Shown here one piece after another: positions 19,462 through 27,593 of a stretch of 64,000 nt of DNA (its first letter is position 1; each line of letters begins with the position of its first letter). The DNA is taken from positions 237,226 through 301,225 of the forward strand of contig OY970314.1 in NCBI GenBank assembly GCA_963716475.1, in the 5' to 3' direction. Below the pieces are notes generated by a model, which saw only the letters and a program-made list of their open reading frames with translations, searched no databases and had not been told where the DNA came from. Source of the DNA: Candidatus Woesebacteria bacterium (lineage in GTDB: Bacteria; Patescibacteriota; Microgenomatia; UBA8517). Both the position numbers and the translations under genes were made by a program.

Positions 19462-19974
19462 ATGGCTGATGTGACCAACATAGAAGGAACGGTTGCAAAA
19501 TCAATTGACACGGTTGTTACTAAAGAAGTTCCCCGGGAAAATTTAATGATGCGCTGGGCCGACGGGGGTGATCCGGCCACGTTATATTTATCAAAACGTC
19601 AGGCAGAATACACTCTTGATGCCCGTACGGGAATAAGAAACGCCAAAAACCCGGACGCTCCGGTTACTCCGGAATTCACCGAACCTATGCCGGAAGGATC
19701 AATTATAGACCTCGGAGAAGGCCAAACATTTTTGGTTTCACCCTCATCCAATAGGGCGATACAAAATCAGTTTCCGGAATCCGTTTTTGTAAAAAGAATT
19801 CCTACGGAGGATAAGGTTGACGAAAACGGAAAAAATATTGAGGGGTTTGCCGGTTTAAATCAAAGATTCCAGGCGGAAGGAAAAACATATATGGTCTATT
19901 CAAAAGAAAACGGTAATATTCCCCTTTCCAAAAAAACCGTAAACGATCTTCAGGGAACAAAGTTACAGATATAG
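19462..19974 (+). CDS. hypothetical protein
   Basis: 170-aa ORF; no family recognised. Confidence 0.45.
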   Translation: MADVTNIEGTVAKSIDTVVTKEVPRENLMMRWADGGDPATLYLSKRQAEYTLDARTGIRNAKNPDAPVTPEFTEPMPEGSIIDLGEGQTFLVSPSSNRAIQNQFPESVFVKRIPTEDKVDENGKNIEGFAGLNQRFQAEGKTYMVYSKENGNIPLSKKTVNDLQGTKLQI

Positions 19975-19978
19975 TTTT

Positions 19979-20007
19979 TACCAAAAAAAAGCAGGGGGTG
20001 GCTTCAC
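19979..20007 (+). repeat. intergenic A8-GCAGGGGG motif, copy d
   Basis: taccaaaaaaaagcagggggtggcttcac; followed by TTGACT-17-TAGGAT. Confidence 0.4.
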
Positions 20008-20060
20008 TCTTCAGGAAAGTACTTGACTTAAAAAGTATTCAGACTTAGGATGCAAGCACC

Positions 20061-20462
20061 ATGAATGAAAAAGACGAAGGCGCGCTCAGGAACCGGCTTC
20101 TGACTGAGGAATTTGGAAGAGATAGAGAAGTATTTAACTACGCCTATGATGCACTTCCCCACTTAATGACATATCCGGATTCTCATGCCGATGTGAGGAA
20201 GGTAATTGCTAAGGAATTGGACTATAACAAACTGCCTTTTGACGAAGAAAATGAATTATATAAAGGCATTGCTCTCAAAGATCAGGTCGGTATCGTAAAA
20301 GCCAATCAAGGAAGACGGCCTCTTTGTGAGGCTCTCGATATGCTTCCCTGTAAAAAAGAGGCATGTCCTATTTACATCGCGCCTGGAGCAAAAGATTATG
20401 AGGGTAAGGTTATTACTAAAGTTCCACTTTGCCGTGAGTTTAAAATAGCCTTCAAAAAGTAA
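20061..20462 (+). CDS. hypothetical protein
   Basis: 133-aa ORF preceded by a TTGACT-17-TAGGAT promoter-like sequence. Confidence 0.45.
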   Translation: MNEKDEGALRNRLLTEEFGRDREVFNYAYDALPHLMTYPDSHADVRKVIAKELDYNKLPFDEENELYKGIALKDQVGIVKANQGRRPLCEALDMLPCKKEACPIYIAPGAKDYEGKVITKVPLCREFKIAFKK

Positions 20463-20468
20463 GGAACT

Positions 20469-20494
20469 CCACAAAAAACAGAGGGGTCCTTTAC
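20469..20494 (+). repeat. intergenic A6-CAGAGGGG motif, copy e
   Basis: ccacaaaaaacagaggggtcctttac. Confidence 0.35.
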
Positions 20495-20517
20495 CTCAAT
20501 GATATATAATAAGACTG

Positions 20518-20607
20518 ATGAGCTCTAAATTAATCGGCTTGCTGGCACTGCTTATTTTTGGAGTCGGAATATTTGCTGTTATTTTTTGGTCTATATTAAG
20601 TCATTAA
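20518..20607 (+). CDS. unannotated 29-aa single-TM peptide (MSSKLIGLLALLIFGVGIFAVIFWSILSH)
   Basis: Not in ORF track (under 60 aa); TATATAAT box 8 nt upstream; strongly hydrophobic. Confidence 0.3.
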   Translation: MSSKLIGLLALLIFGVGIFAVIFWSILSH

Positions 20608-20619
20608 AGGGTTGTAATT

Positions 20620-20895
20620 CTAGCAAGGTTTGCCGTCGTTATCTTTAGTTTCCTCGTACCAAACAAACAAATCCGCTGCAGCTTTATCTATTTTTTTAAG
20701 GTTACCTAAAACCACATCTCTGATCTGAAGAGAAGTAACTTTTATAAGAGAGTTGGACTTTATCCATTCCGTAACATATATCGCAACGGTTTGCGCGTGT
20801 ACGCCATCAAGCCCGGCAGCCTCCGCTACCCTGACGATCTTGGTTTCGTCATAAACTTCCAGAGTTCCGTCCCTTTTAACAACATTAACGTTCAT
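20620..20895 (-). CDS. ATP-cone domain protein
   Basis: MNVNVVKRDGTLEVYDETKIVRV... resembles the ATP-cone regulatory domain of NrdR or ribonucleotide reductases. Confidence 0.5.
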   Translation of the reverse strand: MNVNVVKRDGTLEVYDETKIVRVAEAAGLDGVHAQTVAIYVTEWIKSNSLIKVTSLQIRDVVLGNLKKIDKAAADLFVWYEETKDNDGKPC

Positions 20896-20927
20896 CAGTC
20901 TATTTTATCAAAATATTTGAGATTTTT

Positions 20928-20957
20928 TACCACAAAAAAGCAGGGGGTGGTTTCAGG
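20928..20957 (+). repeat. intergenic A6-GCAGGGGG motif, copy f
   Basis: accacaaaaaagcagggggtggtttcagg. Confidence 0.4.
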
Positions 20958-20965
20958 ATCTATAT

Positions 20966-21439
20966 TTACAGCCACGGGAGCTTTACTTTACTGCAGTAGT
21001 TGTCCCAAGCGGTACCAAAAGTTTTTGATAATATTTCTTCTTCTTTGGGTGAATATATTCTGGATCCAATATATAAGACAATACCAATTAGAAGTCCTAA
21101 CCAGGAGTTAAGTAAAAAACCAATTAGCGGCAGCACAAGCAAAGACACACTCGTATATATAGGGTGCTTAACTAAAGAATAAGGGCCGCTTGTTATCAGT
21201 TCTTTTCGAGGCACTTTTATTAAAATTAAGACTACTGACCAAAGCCAAATAATAACTCCGGGAATTAATAAAATAACAGAAGCCGCTTTTAAGGTGAATG
21301 ACGATCCCCCAACATTAAAAAAAGATGGAAATATATTAGTCAGGATCAAACCGATTACCAGAAACGGCAACGTAAAAAGCATTATTTTATCTCCGCTTCC
21401 AATAAGTTCTTTTAATTTCATAATCATATCGTACCACAA
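20966..21439 (-). CDS. isoprenylcysteine carboxyl methyltransferase (ICMT/PEMT) family membrane protein
   Basis: Multi-TM; C-terminal GPYSLVKHPIYTSV...EEEILSKTFGTAWDNY matches the ICMT-family signature. Confidence 0.65.
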   Translation of the reverse strand: MWYDMIMKLKELIGSGDKIMLFTLPFLVIGLILTNIFPSFFNVGGSSFTLKAASVILLIPGVIIWLWSVVLILIKVPRKELITSGPYSLVKHPIYTSVSLLVLPLIGFLLNSWLGLLIGIVLYIGSRIYSPKEEEILSKTFGTAWDNYCSKVKLPWL

Positions 21440-21458
21440 TAAGCAGGGGGGATTTTAC
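21433..21458 (+). repeat. intergenic motif, copy g (A-run interrupted)
   Basis: accacaataagcaggggggattttac. Confidence 0.35.
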
Positions 21459-21480
21459 ACCAATATGTTAAACTGAGAAT

Positions 21481-21849
21481 ATGAAGGTTCGCATGTGGAT
21501 CGTTATCCTATTGGGTCTTGCCGGTGCAGCTTTGGAACTTTTAGCAAAGGGCGCATTTATATCCGACGATTTAAGATCAAATTCCGGTTTATTGGCCGTG
21601 ATTGGTTTAGCTCTTTGTGTATGGTATTTAATCTCATTCCTGATGGGTAAAGTCTCGTTGAATGCCAGAAATATTTCACTTTTACTTCTGGGGTTTTTCC
21701 TAAACGGAGCCGTTTTCTTTCTGATGAAAGATGGATTATTTATATTTATTTTATTCCCATTTATCGTAATCTTTGTTGTGATTTTGAGATTAATTTTTAA
21801 TTTTGCACACTATATCTCCGACCAATTTATCAAATCAAAAAATCGATAA
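21481..21849 (+). CDS. hypothetical integral membrane protein
   Basis: 122 aa with 3-4 predicted TM helices. Confidence 0.45.
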   Translation: MKVRMWIVILLGLAGAALELLAKGAFISDDLRSNSGLLAVIGLALCVWYLISFLMGKVSLNARNISLLLLGFFLNGAVFFLMKDGLFIFILFPFIVIFVVILRLIFNFAHYISDQFIKSKNR

Positions 21850-21862
21850 GATTTATTCTTAT

Positions 21863-21888
21863 ACCACAAAAATGCAGGGGCGATTCAC
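21863..21888 (+). repeat. intergenic motif, copy h
   Basis: accacaaaaatgcaggggcgattcac. Confidence 0.35.
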
Positions 21889-21902
21889 CTATGCGAGCGT
21901 TT

Positions 21903-24695
21903 TTATGGAGTATTCCAGAAAGAAATATTAGCGTAACTTTGGGAGGTCTTGGGCGTAGCGCTACCAACATTTGGTATAGTAAGCGTGTCACCACTATTGT
22001 TGTAAGAATCTAGCGCGCTGATAAATGGTTGTATTCCTAACCCTGACGAATAAGCTGCGTCTGCCTGTGAAATTATAAGTTGAATATTTGACGGACACCC
22101 AAAGGCTGCGCAATTAAGTTTGGCTGCAACGAGCTGTTGAAGCAAAGTCATTCTGGATTGATCTACGGAATTTCTTTTGGCACCGGTGGATGTTTTAGGA
22201 ATGCTAGAATAAAAGGCTCCAAACAGTTGGCTGAGTCCTGCAGATGGTGTGTTGGTGATAGTTCCTTTATGTATATTAGTTGCTGGTGAAAGATTCACAC
22301 CGATATAAAACGGATGCTCATTAAATATGAATGAGGTGAAGCTGGTATGTGTTTGCCAGAAACCGAGAGTTCTTGAGGGACTTAGTTTCTTGTTGGCAAA
22401 GGTACAAGTGATGTTTTTACCTGCGGTCAAATTTATAGTTGCGCTAAGCGTGGAATATGTGGTATTTGCATAAGATAGTGAAGTATCGTTGTCGATACAC
22501 GAGATTCCATTCGGTACCCAGAACACATTTGGCTCTGTTTCACCGATTGTAAAGGATCCCGGGAGCAGTTTATTGAAAACTTTGGTATTTAGGCTGCTGC
22601 CGTCATCGATAAGAGAAAAAGGTCCCAACGCCCCACCGCTAAATGAAAAACTCTCTATATCATTCGGTTGTGCATCTTTGATGATAGTAATGCTTCCGTA
22701 TCTGGTATTTGTAATGGTGCATGATTTTGCGTCTCCGGCGATTAATGTTACTGAACCATCTGATGCGCAATCCCCTGCTATAGTCGGACTGTAATTAGAT
22801 AAAGCCGTATTTGTCCCTGCTACCTCTCCAGCGGCATGCTTACCTGCGGTCACAATTACTGCGCCGGTTGTTCCCCTATCTGATACATCAGTAATTTTTG
22901 TAGAACCGTCTATCTGTAGGTCAAAAAGGCCGCCATCGGTACTCGGAAGTAAAACCTTATTTACTGTTAGTGTGGTTAAACTAAAAGGCTCGCACGCAGA
23001 GTCGCCGGCCGTATAATTGTTATCCCCAACATAGTGAGCGATAAAGGAGAATAAACCGTTTGATAAAGGACCTTCGGAACTGGATATTGCAGTTCCAGGA
23101 TCTTTGTTATCCAAGGGAATACTCCCGGCAGACGAACCTGTTGGGGTACATGCTCCATTAGTAAAGAAGGAAAAGTCAACATTTCCACTGGGCTCAAGCC
23201 CTGTTACTCCAATCCCTGCAACAGTTGCCTTATCGTAAACAGTCGAAGTAGAAGCATCTGTCGTTATGATACTGTTATCAAAATTATGAAGTTCTGTGCT
23301 AATTGTCGGAGTAGCTTGGTTCACTGTCAAATTTTCGCACGAGCTGTCGCCAGATAAATAATTTATGTCACCGTTATAGTGAGCCTTGAATGAATATGAA
23401 CCCGTGGAAAGTGGACCCCTACTGTTTGATGGATGGGCAATCCCGCTAGAAAGAACAACAGTCCCCGCAGAAGTATTTCCGGTTGAACAATCGCCACTTG
23501 TGTAGAAAGTAAAATCAACACTTCCGGTTGGAATTCCAAAAGCCCCGGAAGATGTGGCTTGGTCATGAACTGTGGACCCTAATGCAACAGGACCACTTAC
23601 TATACTTTCATTAGCCAAATGAATTTGTGTAGAAATATCTGGTGTAATTTGGTTTACCGTTAACAATTCACACAAGCTATCAGCGGGATTATTATTATCG
23701 TTACCTTCATAATGAGCGATAAATGAATATGTTCCCGCATTCAGTGGTCCTTCGCTATCGGACGGATGAGCTGTTCCGTCTGACAAAGTTACAATTCCTG
23801 CCGAACTTCCCGCATCTTCTGTACAACTACTATTTGGGTAGAAAGTAAAATCAACATTTCCGGTCGGATTATACCCTCCGGATATTGTGGCGCTGTCGTG
23901 AACGGTGGACCCGGCGTCAACTGATGTAATGGGGTTGTGTTCTGGATCATGAATGGTGGTGGAAAGAGTTGGAGACGCTTTATCGATAGTAACTGCTTCG
24001 TTACTGCAATTATCCGTAACAGGGTTATTGTTTGAATCTCCGTTATATGTTGCAATCCAGTGGTAGGTACCCGCCATTAGCGTGGTGTAGCCAGCTGAAG
24101 TTGAAGAACCATTTATTAGAGGCACCTCCACGTCTGTAAATACCGGCGTGTTTGAACAAGTCGAATCATTTGTATCATAAAGATTGAAAGTTACGGTTCC
24201 CGAAGGATCAGATCCCCCGCTAACAGTGGCGGTATCATAGATTTGTATACCCACCACTCCGCCGGCTGAAGGAGTAGTATAAATAGTCGGACTGGCTTTT
24301 TCAGTACCTGTACAATACAAACTTGCGGATTTTGTTTCGAAATTCGAATCAACTCTGTAGTGTGGCCCCCCTGTCCAGGTTGCTAGATCTAGGGTGTAAC
24401 TTGCAGGACTTGTTGACCCAAAAGGGATAGTTTTAAATATTAGGGGATCTGCCGGTACGAATTGGGTTCCATTTCCACCATGTTTATCGTAGAGAGTCAA
24501 AACAATTCCATCGTCCGGAATGATCCCGGTAAAGGTAACTTGTCCTGTTCCGTTACAATCTGCGCTAATGCCGGTAATTGCAAAAGTTGGCGTTTGTGCA
24601 AATGTTGTACTTTGCCTAAAAATACCTAGACGTGTCGTGACGAATCCCAGGAAGAAGACCAAACAAGCAGTGGCAGTCAATAACTTTTTAAACAT
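21903..24695 (-). CDS. large secreted protein (930 aa) with tandem Ig-like repeats and DUF11/prealbumin-like domain
   Basis: Signal peptide; about four ~110-aa repeats (..STVHDQATSSG..TGSVDFTFY..G.C......AGTV.LS.G.AHPS.S.GPL..G.YSF.AHY.GD.NY...S.CE.LTVNQ); then LTVNKVLLPSTDGGLFDLQIDGSTK...SCTITNTRYGSITIIK; no C-terminal sorting signal. Confidence 0.8.
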   Translation of the reverse strand: MFKKLLTATACLVFFLGFVTTRLGIFRQSTTFAQTPTFAITGISADCNGTGQVTFTGIIPDDGIVLTLYDKHGGNGTQFVPADPLIFKTIPFGSTSPASYTLDLATWTGGPHYRVDSNFETKSASLYCTGTEKASPTIYTTPSAGGVVGIQIYDTATVSGGSDPSGTVTFNLYDTNDSTCSNTPVFTDVEVPLINGSSTSAGYTTLMAGTYHWIATYNGDSNNNPVTDNCSNEAVTIDKASPTLSTTIHDPEHNPITSVDAGSTVHDSATISGGYNPTGNVDFTFYPNSSCTEDAGSSAGIVTLSDGTAHPSDSEGPLNAGTYSFIAHYEGNDNNNPADSLCELLTVNQITPDISTQIHLANESIVSGPVALGSTVHDQATSSGAFGIPTGSVDFTFYTSGDCSTGNTSAGTVVLSSGIAHPSNSRGPLSTGSYSFKAHYNGDINYLSGDSSCENLTVNQATPTISTELHNFDNSIITTDASTSTVYDKATVAGIGVTGLEPSGNVDFSFFTNGACTPTGSSAGSIPLDNKDPGTAISSSEGPLSNGLFSFIAHYVGDNNYTAGDSACEPFSLTTLTVNKVLLPSTDGGLFDLQIDGSTKITDVSDRGTTGAVIVTAGKHAAGEVAGTNTALSNYSPTIAGDCASDGSVTLIAGDAKSCTITNTRYGSITIIKDAQPNDIESFSFSGGALGPFSLIDDGSSLNTKVFNKLLPGSFTIGETEPNVFWVPNGISCIDNDTSLSYANTTYSTLSATINLTAGKNITCTFANKKLSPSRTLGFWQTHTSFTSFIFNEHPFYIGVNLSPATNIHKGTITNTPSAGLSQLFGAFYSSIPKTSTGAKRNSVDQSRMTLLQQLVAAKLNCAAFGCPSNIQLIISQADAAYSSGLGIQPFISALDSYNNSGDTLTIPNVGSATPKTSQSYANISFWNTP

Positions 24696-24710
24696 CCTTT
24701 GCTTAGAACA

Positions 24711-24739
24711 TATATAGGTTGTGTAAGATGTTCTGTCAA
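24711..24739 (-). promoter_or_regulatory. strong sigma70-type promoter (TTGACA-17-TATATA) of the 930-aa protein gene
   Basis: Reverse complement reads TTGACAgaacatcttacacaaccTATATAtgttctaagcaaaggATG; shares the spacer core TTACACAACCTATA with the 16533..16562 promoter. Confidence 0.5.
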
Positions 24740-24808
24740 TATCTCAAAATATATCGTTTTTGTCCTATTACCATTCATGATATATATCCTCTGAGCGTAA
24801 ATTATGAG

Positions 24809-24843
24809 TATCAAAAAAGCAGGTAGTCTTTCGTCTCCCTGCA
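24809..24843 (+). repeat. intergenic motif, copy i (doubles as minus-strand intrinsic-terminator-like hairpin)
   Basis: atcaaaaaagcaggtagtctttcgtctccctgcag: GCAGG..CCTGC stem; reverse strand gives stem + T6 right after the sipW-like stop. Confidence 0.45.
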
Positions 24844-24845
24844 GT

Positions 24846-25901
24846 TTAATTTCCCGGGGTTGTGGTAGGTTCTTGAGGCGGGGTTTCAGTCGGCGTAGGG
24901 CTTGGCGTTGGTGTTGGAGGCACTGTTGGTTCTATGGTTGGTAACACTACTGACTCACCGGCAACCTGTGGTTCTGGAGATTTGCATGGTCCCACATAAT
25001 CTTCTTCGTGTCCTGCTTTTGGAGTTCCGTTTTCGTCAAAATGTCCATTTAATGCTTGGGGTGGAATTTCTAGGGTAATATAATTCGCCGGCTCATCTTT
25101 TCTTCCGGCAACATGGCATATTGTGATTTTTTCTGATGGTGTTGGTTCCCAGTTACCGGCAGTAAACGAATTACCTAAACTTAAATCGTGATCAGTAAAG
25201 TACGATGAAGATACTCCAGCTAAAACAAAAAATATTGCAAATATGGGAATTACCATTGAGACTTTGTTTGTGCCATTATCCTCTTCCGAAACTTTTATTT
25301 TTTTTAATAAAAAACCAATTCGCTTTATTGATTCTTTCTTTAGATATTTTAGCTCTTCATATACAATAATAGTTGCTGGAACGATCACCAGAAGTATAAA
25401 TATTTTTGGATCTTTAGCGGAATTTGCCGCATACCCCAAAAACGGTATACCGATTATTACTTTGCCAACTATCTGACTAGGTTTTATTTGCGCACCATCA
25501 ATAGCGGAATTTGCATCGCCTCTTGTTGTATAACTCCCCATTATCACAGAAACTATTCTGTGAGTTATAAAGGATTCTGAGTCTGCGGAATTTTTAAATG
25601 TAACAACGTCGCCAGTTTTGTAATTTTTAAGAGGTGATGAAAAGACAATAGATCCGGTTTGAATTGTCGGTTGCATGGAACCTGACGTAACAATATAAAC
25701 ACTTGGAATACCGGCAATATTTTTAATATCTAAAGATGAAAGATATAAATGATTTTTTACCAAAAATATCCCGACTAAAGCGCCAGTTTCCAATAAGACC
25801 AGCAACAAAAGAGAGGCCAAAATTATATCGTAGATTTTTTTAGACATTTGCCCAATAGATTGCGCGAATACAACCGCGATAACAATCGTATCCGTGTTCA
25901 C
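24846..25901 (-). CDS. SipW-like type I signal peptidase (S26) with C-terminal TM/Pro-Thr-rich extension
   Basis: SGSMQPTIQTGSIVF (Ser box) and downstream His region; N-terminal TM; extra C-terminal TM segments and PTPTPSPTPTETPPQEPTTTPGN tail; GTG start. Confidence 0.65.
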   Translation of the reverse strand: MNTDTIVIAVVFAQSIGQMSKKIYDIILASLLLLVLLETGALVGIFLVKNHLYLSSLDIKNIAGIPSVYIVTSGSMQPTIQTGSIVFSSPLKNYKTGDVVTFKNSADSESFITHRIVSVIMGSYTTRGDANSAIDGAQIKPSQIVGKVIIGIPFLGYAANSAKDPKIFILLVIVPATIIVYEELKYLKKESIKRIGFLLKKIKVSEEDNGTNKVSMVIPIFAIFFVLAGVSSSYFTDHDLSLGNSFTAGNWEPTPSEKITICHVAGRKDEPANYITLEIPPQALNGHFDENGTPKAGHEEDYVGPCKSPEPQVAGESVVLPTIEPTVPPTPTPSPTPTETPPQEPTTTPGN

Positions 25902-25932
25902 GCAATCTCAGGACAAACAATTCGTATCAACA

Positions 25933-26691
25933 TCAATTCTGATGCCCGATTTGTATGTTCATCCAATCAACGATAGCTGACGGCGCAGCAATCGAAATTT
26001 GCGAATCACCAGTGTCTAAACTTGTTAATGCGTCAGCACTTATCTGTGTCGATTTAACGTTAAACGTTAAATCCAAACTTTTACCCTGTAAGGTATTATC
26101 AGCGTTTGGATCCATTGCTAATTGGATACTTAATCTGTATTTATATCCAGGTTTTAATGCACCTGTAAATACTCCACCGCCTGTTCCCATCATATTGTTT
26201 TCAACAATAGAGTTCCAAGTTGTTAGAGATATTTTTCCTGTTGTATCACTTGCAGCCAATGCAGTGTAATAAGCACCATACGTTCCACTACCAGTCCCAT
26301 CAGTTATAAACGGATCTGTGACTTCCCAAGTAGATGTACCATCTGGTTTGAGAAATTCCATTTGGGCCGTTTTTATATACATGTGGTCAGCCATTACACT
26401 TTCACCAGTCCAGCTAAAATAACCAAACCACCCAAGATTTATTGAACCTTCGTTTGTCATCTGAATAGTGGCAAGAGTGGTAGCATCACCTGGTCTTAGA
26501 TTAGTCGTAGTTCCTAAATCATATGTAAATGTGTTACTGGGTGAATCGGCATTAACGTCCATTGCTAGAGTACCGGAGGTCAAAGTGTTTGCATATGAAA
26601 CATCAGTATCATTAAAAAAAGCCCCTGTGGCCTTGACGGCAACTACAGTAACAAGTGCTATTGTTGCAACACTTATTAATATTTTTTTCAT
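25933..26691 (-). CDS. TasA/camelysin-like secreted protein with SipW-cognate-class signal peptide
   Basis: N-terminus MKKILISVATIALVTVVAVKATGAFFNDTDVSYANTLTSGTL matches the A(Y/F)F(S/N)D...N.(L/F)..G.L signal class; beta-rich body; directly downstream of the SipW-like peptidase. Confidence 0.65.
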   Translation of the reverse strand: MKKILISVATIALVTVVAVKATGAFFNDTDVSYANTLTSGTLAMDVNADSPSNTFTYDLGTTTNLRPGDATTLATIQMTNEGSINLGWFGYFSWTGESVMADHMYIKTAQMEFLKPDGTSTWEVTDPFITDGTGSGTYGAYYTALAASDTTGKISLTTWNSIVENNMMGTGGGVFTGALKPGYKYRLSIQLAMDPNADNTLQGKSLDLTFNVKSTQISADALTSLDTGDSQISIAAPSAIVDWMNIQIGHQN

Positions 26692-26919
26692 AAAATTTTC
26701 ACCCCCTTTCCCGTCCCATACTGCGTGGGGACGACACGCATATCAAAATGAAATTTTTCAAAAATACGAGAAGCTACCAATGTAGTCGTTGACTGAAGAG
26801 CCACGTCGAACTTTGTACTATTCATCGTATCGACGAAACCAAGAACTAACCCGTGAGGCAGTTAGGGGTTAATAATTCGAATATGAGACTTTGTTGTAAA
26901 AAGTCAATATATCAAACAT

Positions 26920-26945
26920 ACACAAAAAGGAGGGGGCGCTTTTAG
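26920..26945 (+). repeat. intergenic motif, copy j
   Basis: acacaaaaaggagggggcgcttttag; overlaps the stop of the second sortase gene. Confidence 0.35.
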
Positions 26946-27544
26946 TAGACTTGGTTTGCAATGACGATGAGGCGGTCGAGGGTGGTGCCCGGGGGGTAAC
27001 AGGTTTGCATAGTAAGAGTGTTTTTATCCGGGTTTCCGGTCAGATATTGACTATCATTTGGGGCTACCACTTTTACCTGATCGACTAAATATTTATATTT
27101 TGTGCCTTGATAGTAAATAAATACTTCATCCCCTTTTGTAAGTTTTCCGAGAAGGTAAAAAACGGCATTATAAGTATTGACGTTATAAAAGGCATCCGTC
27201 GAGTGGGCAAAGATATAAACATTTCCCTTACTTCCCGGCAGTGCAGTCCCTTTTGCCTGGGCTACCCCGCGCTTTAAGGCTTTCAGATATTCGGTTTTAT
27301 TTTGTGAATCGACATTGGCAACGACGGGGGCTACGGCGTCAATTTTGGGGATGATTATGGAAAAATCCGTATTAGGGGGTGTCAGGACTTTTGCAGGAGT
27401 GACTGTTTGTTCATCCGCGATTATGAATTTATTGCCGACAGCTTGGTTATAGTTATATTTGATTTCTTCCTTGGCAACGGGCCAGAAAATTGCAACCAAA
27501 ACGACAAGAGCAACAGCAATTAAAATGGTACCGGCGATCTTCAT
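26942..27544 (-). CDS. sortase-family transpeptidase (second copy)
   Basis: N-terminal TM; NVYIFAHS (His); LTMQTCYPPG (catalytic Cys); TLDRLIV (Arg). Confidence 0.7.
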   Translation of the reverse strand: MKIAGTILIAVALVVLVAIFWPVAKEEIKYNYNQAVGNKFIIADEQTVTPAKVLTPPNTDFSIIIPKIDAVAPVVANVDSQNKTEYLKALKRGVAQAKGTALPGSKGNVYIFAHSTDAFYNVNTYNAVFYLLGKLTKGDEVFIYYQGTKYKYLVDQVKVVAPNDSQYLTGNPDKNTLTMQTCYPPGTTLDRLIVIANQVY

Positions 27545-27593
27545 TAATTGATTATATCAGGCAATCACCTTTTGGGAACGGACGGCCGGTGAA

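Noticed and set aside
17516-26945. Interpreting every copy of the A6-GCAGGGGG motif as an intrinsic terminator
   Set aside because: Only some copies (a, b, i) have a complementary stem partner; on the plus strand the A-run precedes rather than follows the G-rich element; four copies lie 5' of genes. So it is left as an unexplained recurrent element, with terminator function possible for a subset on the minus strand
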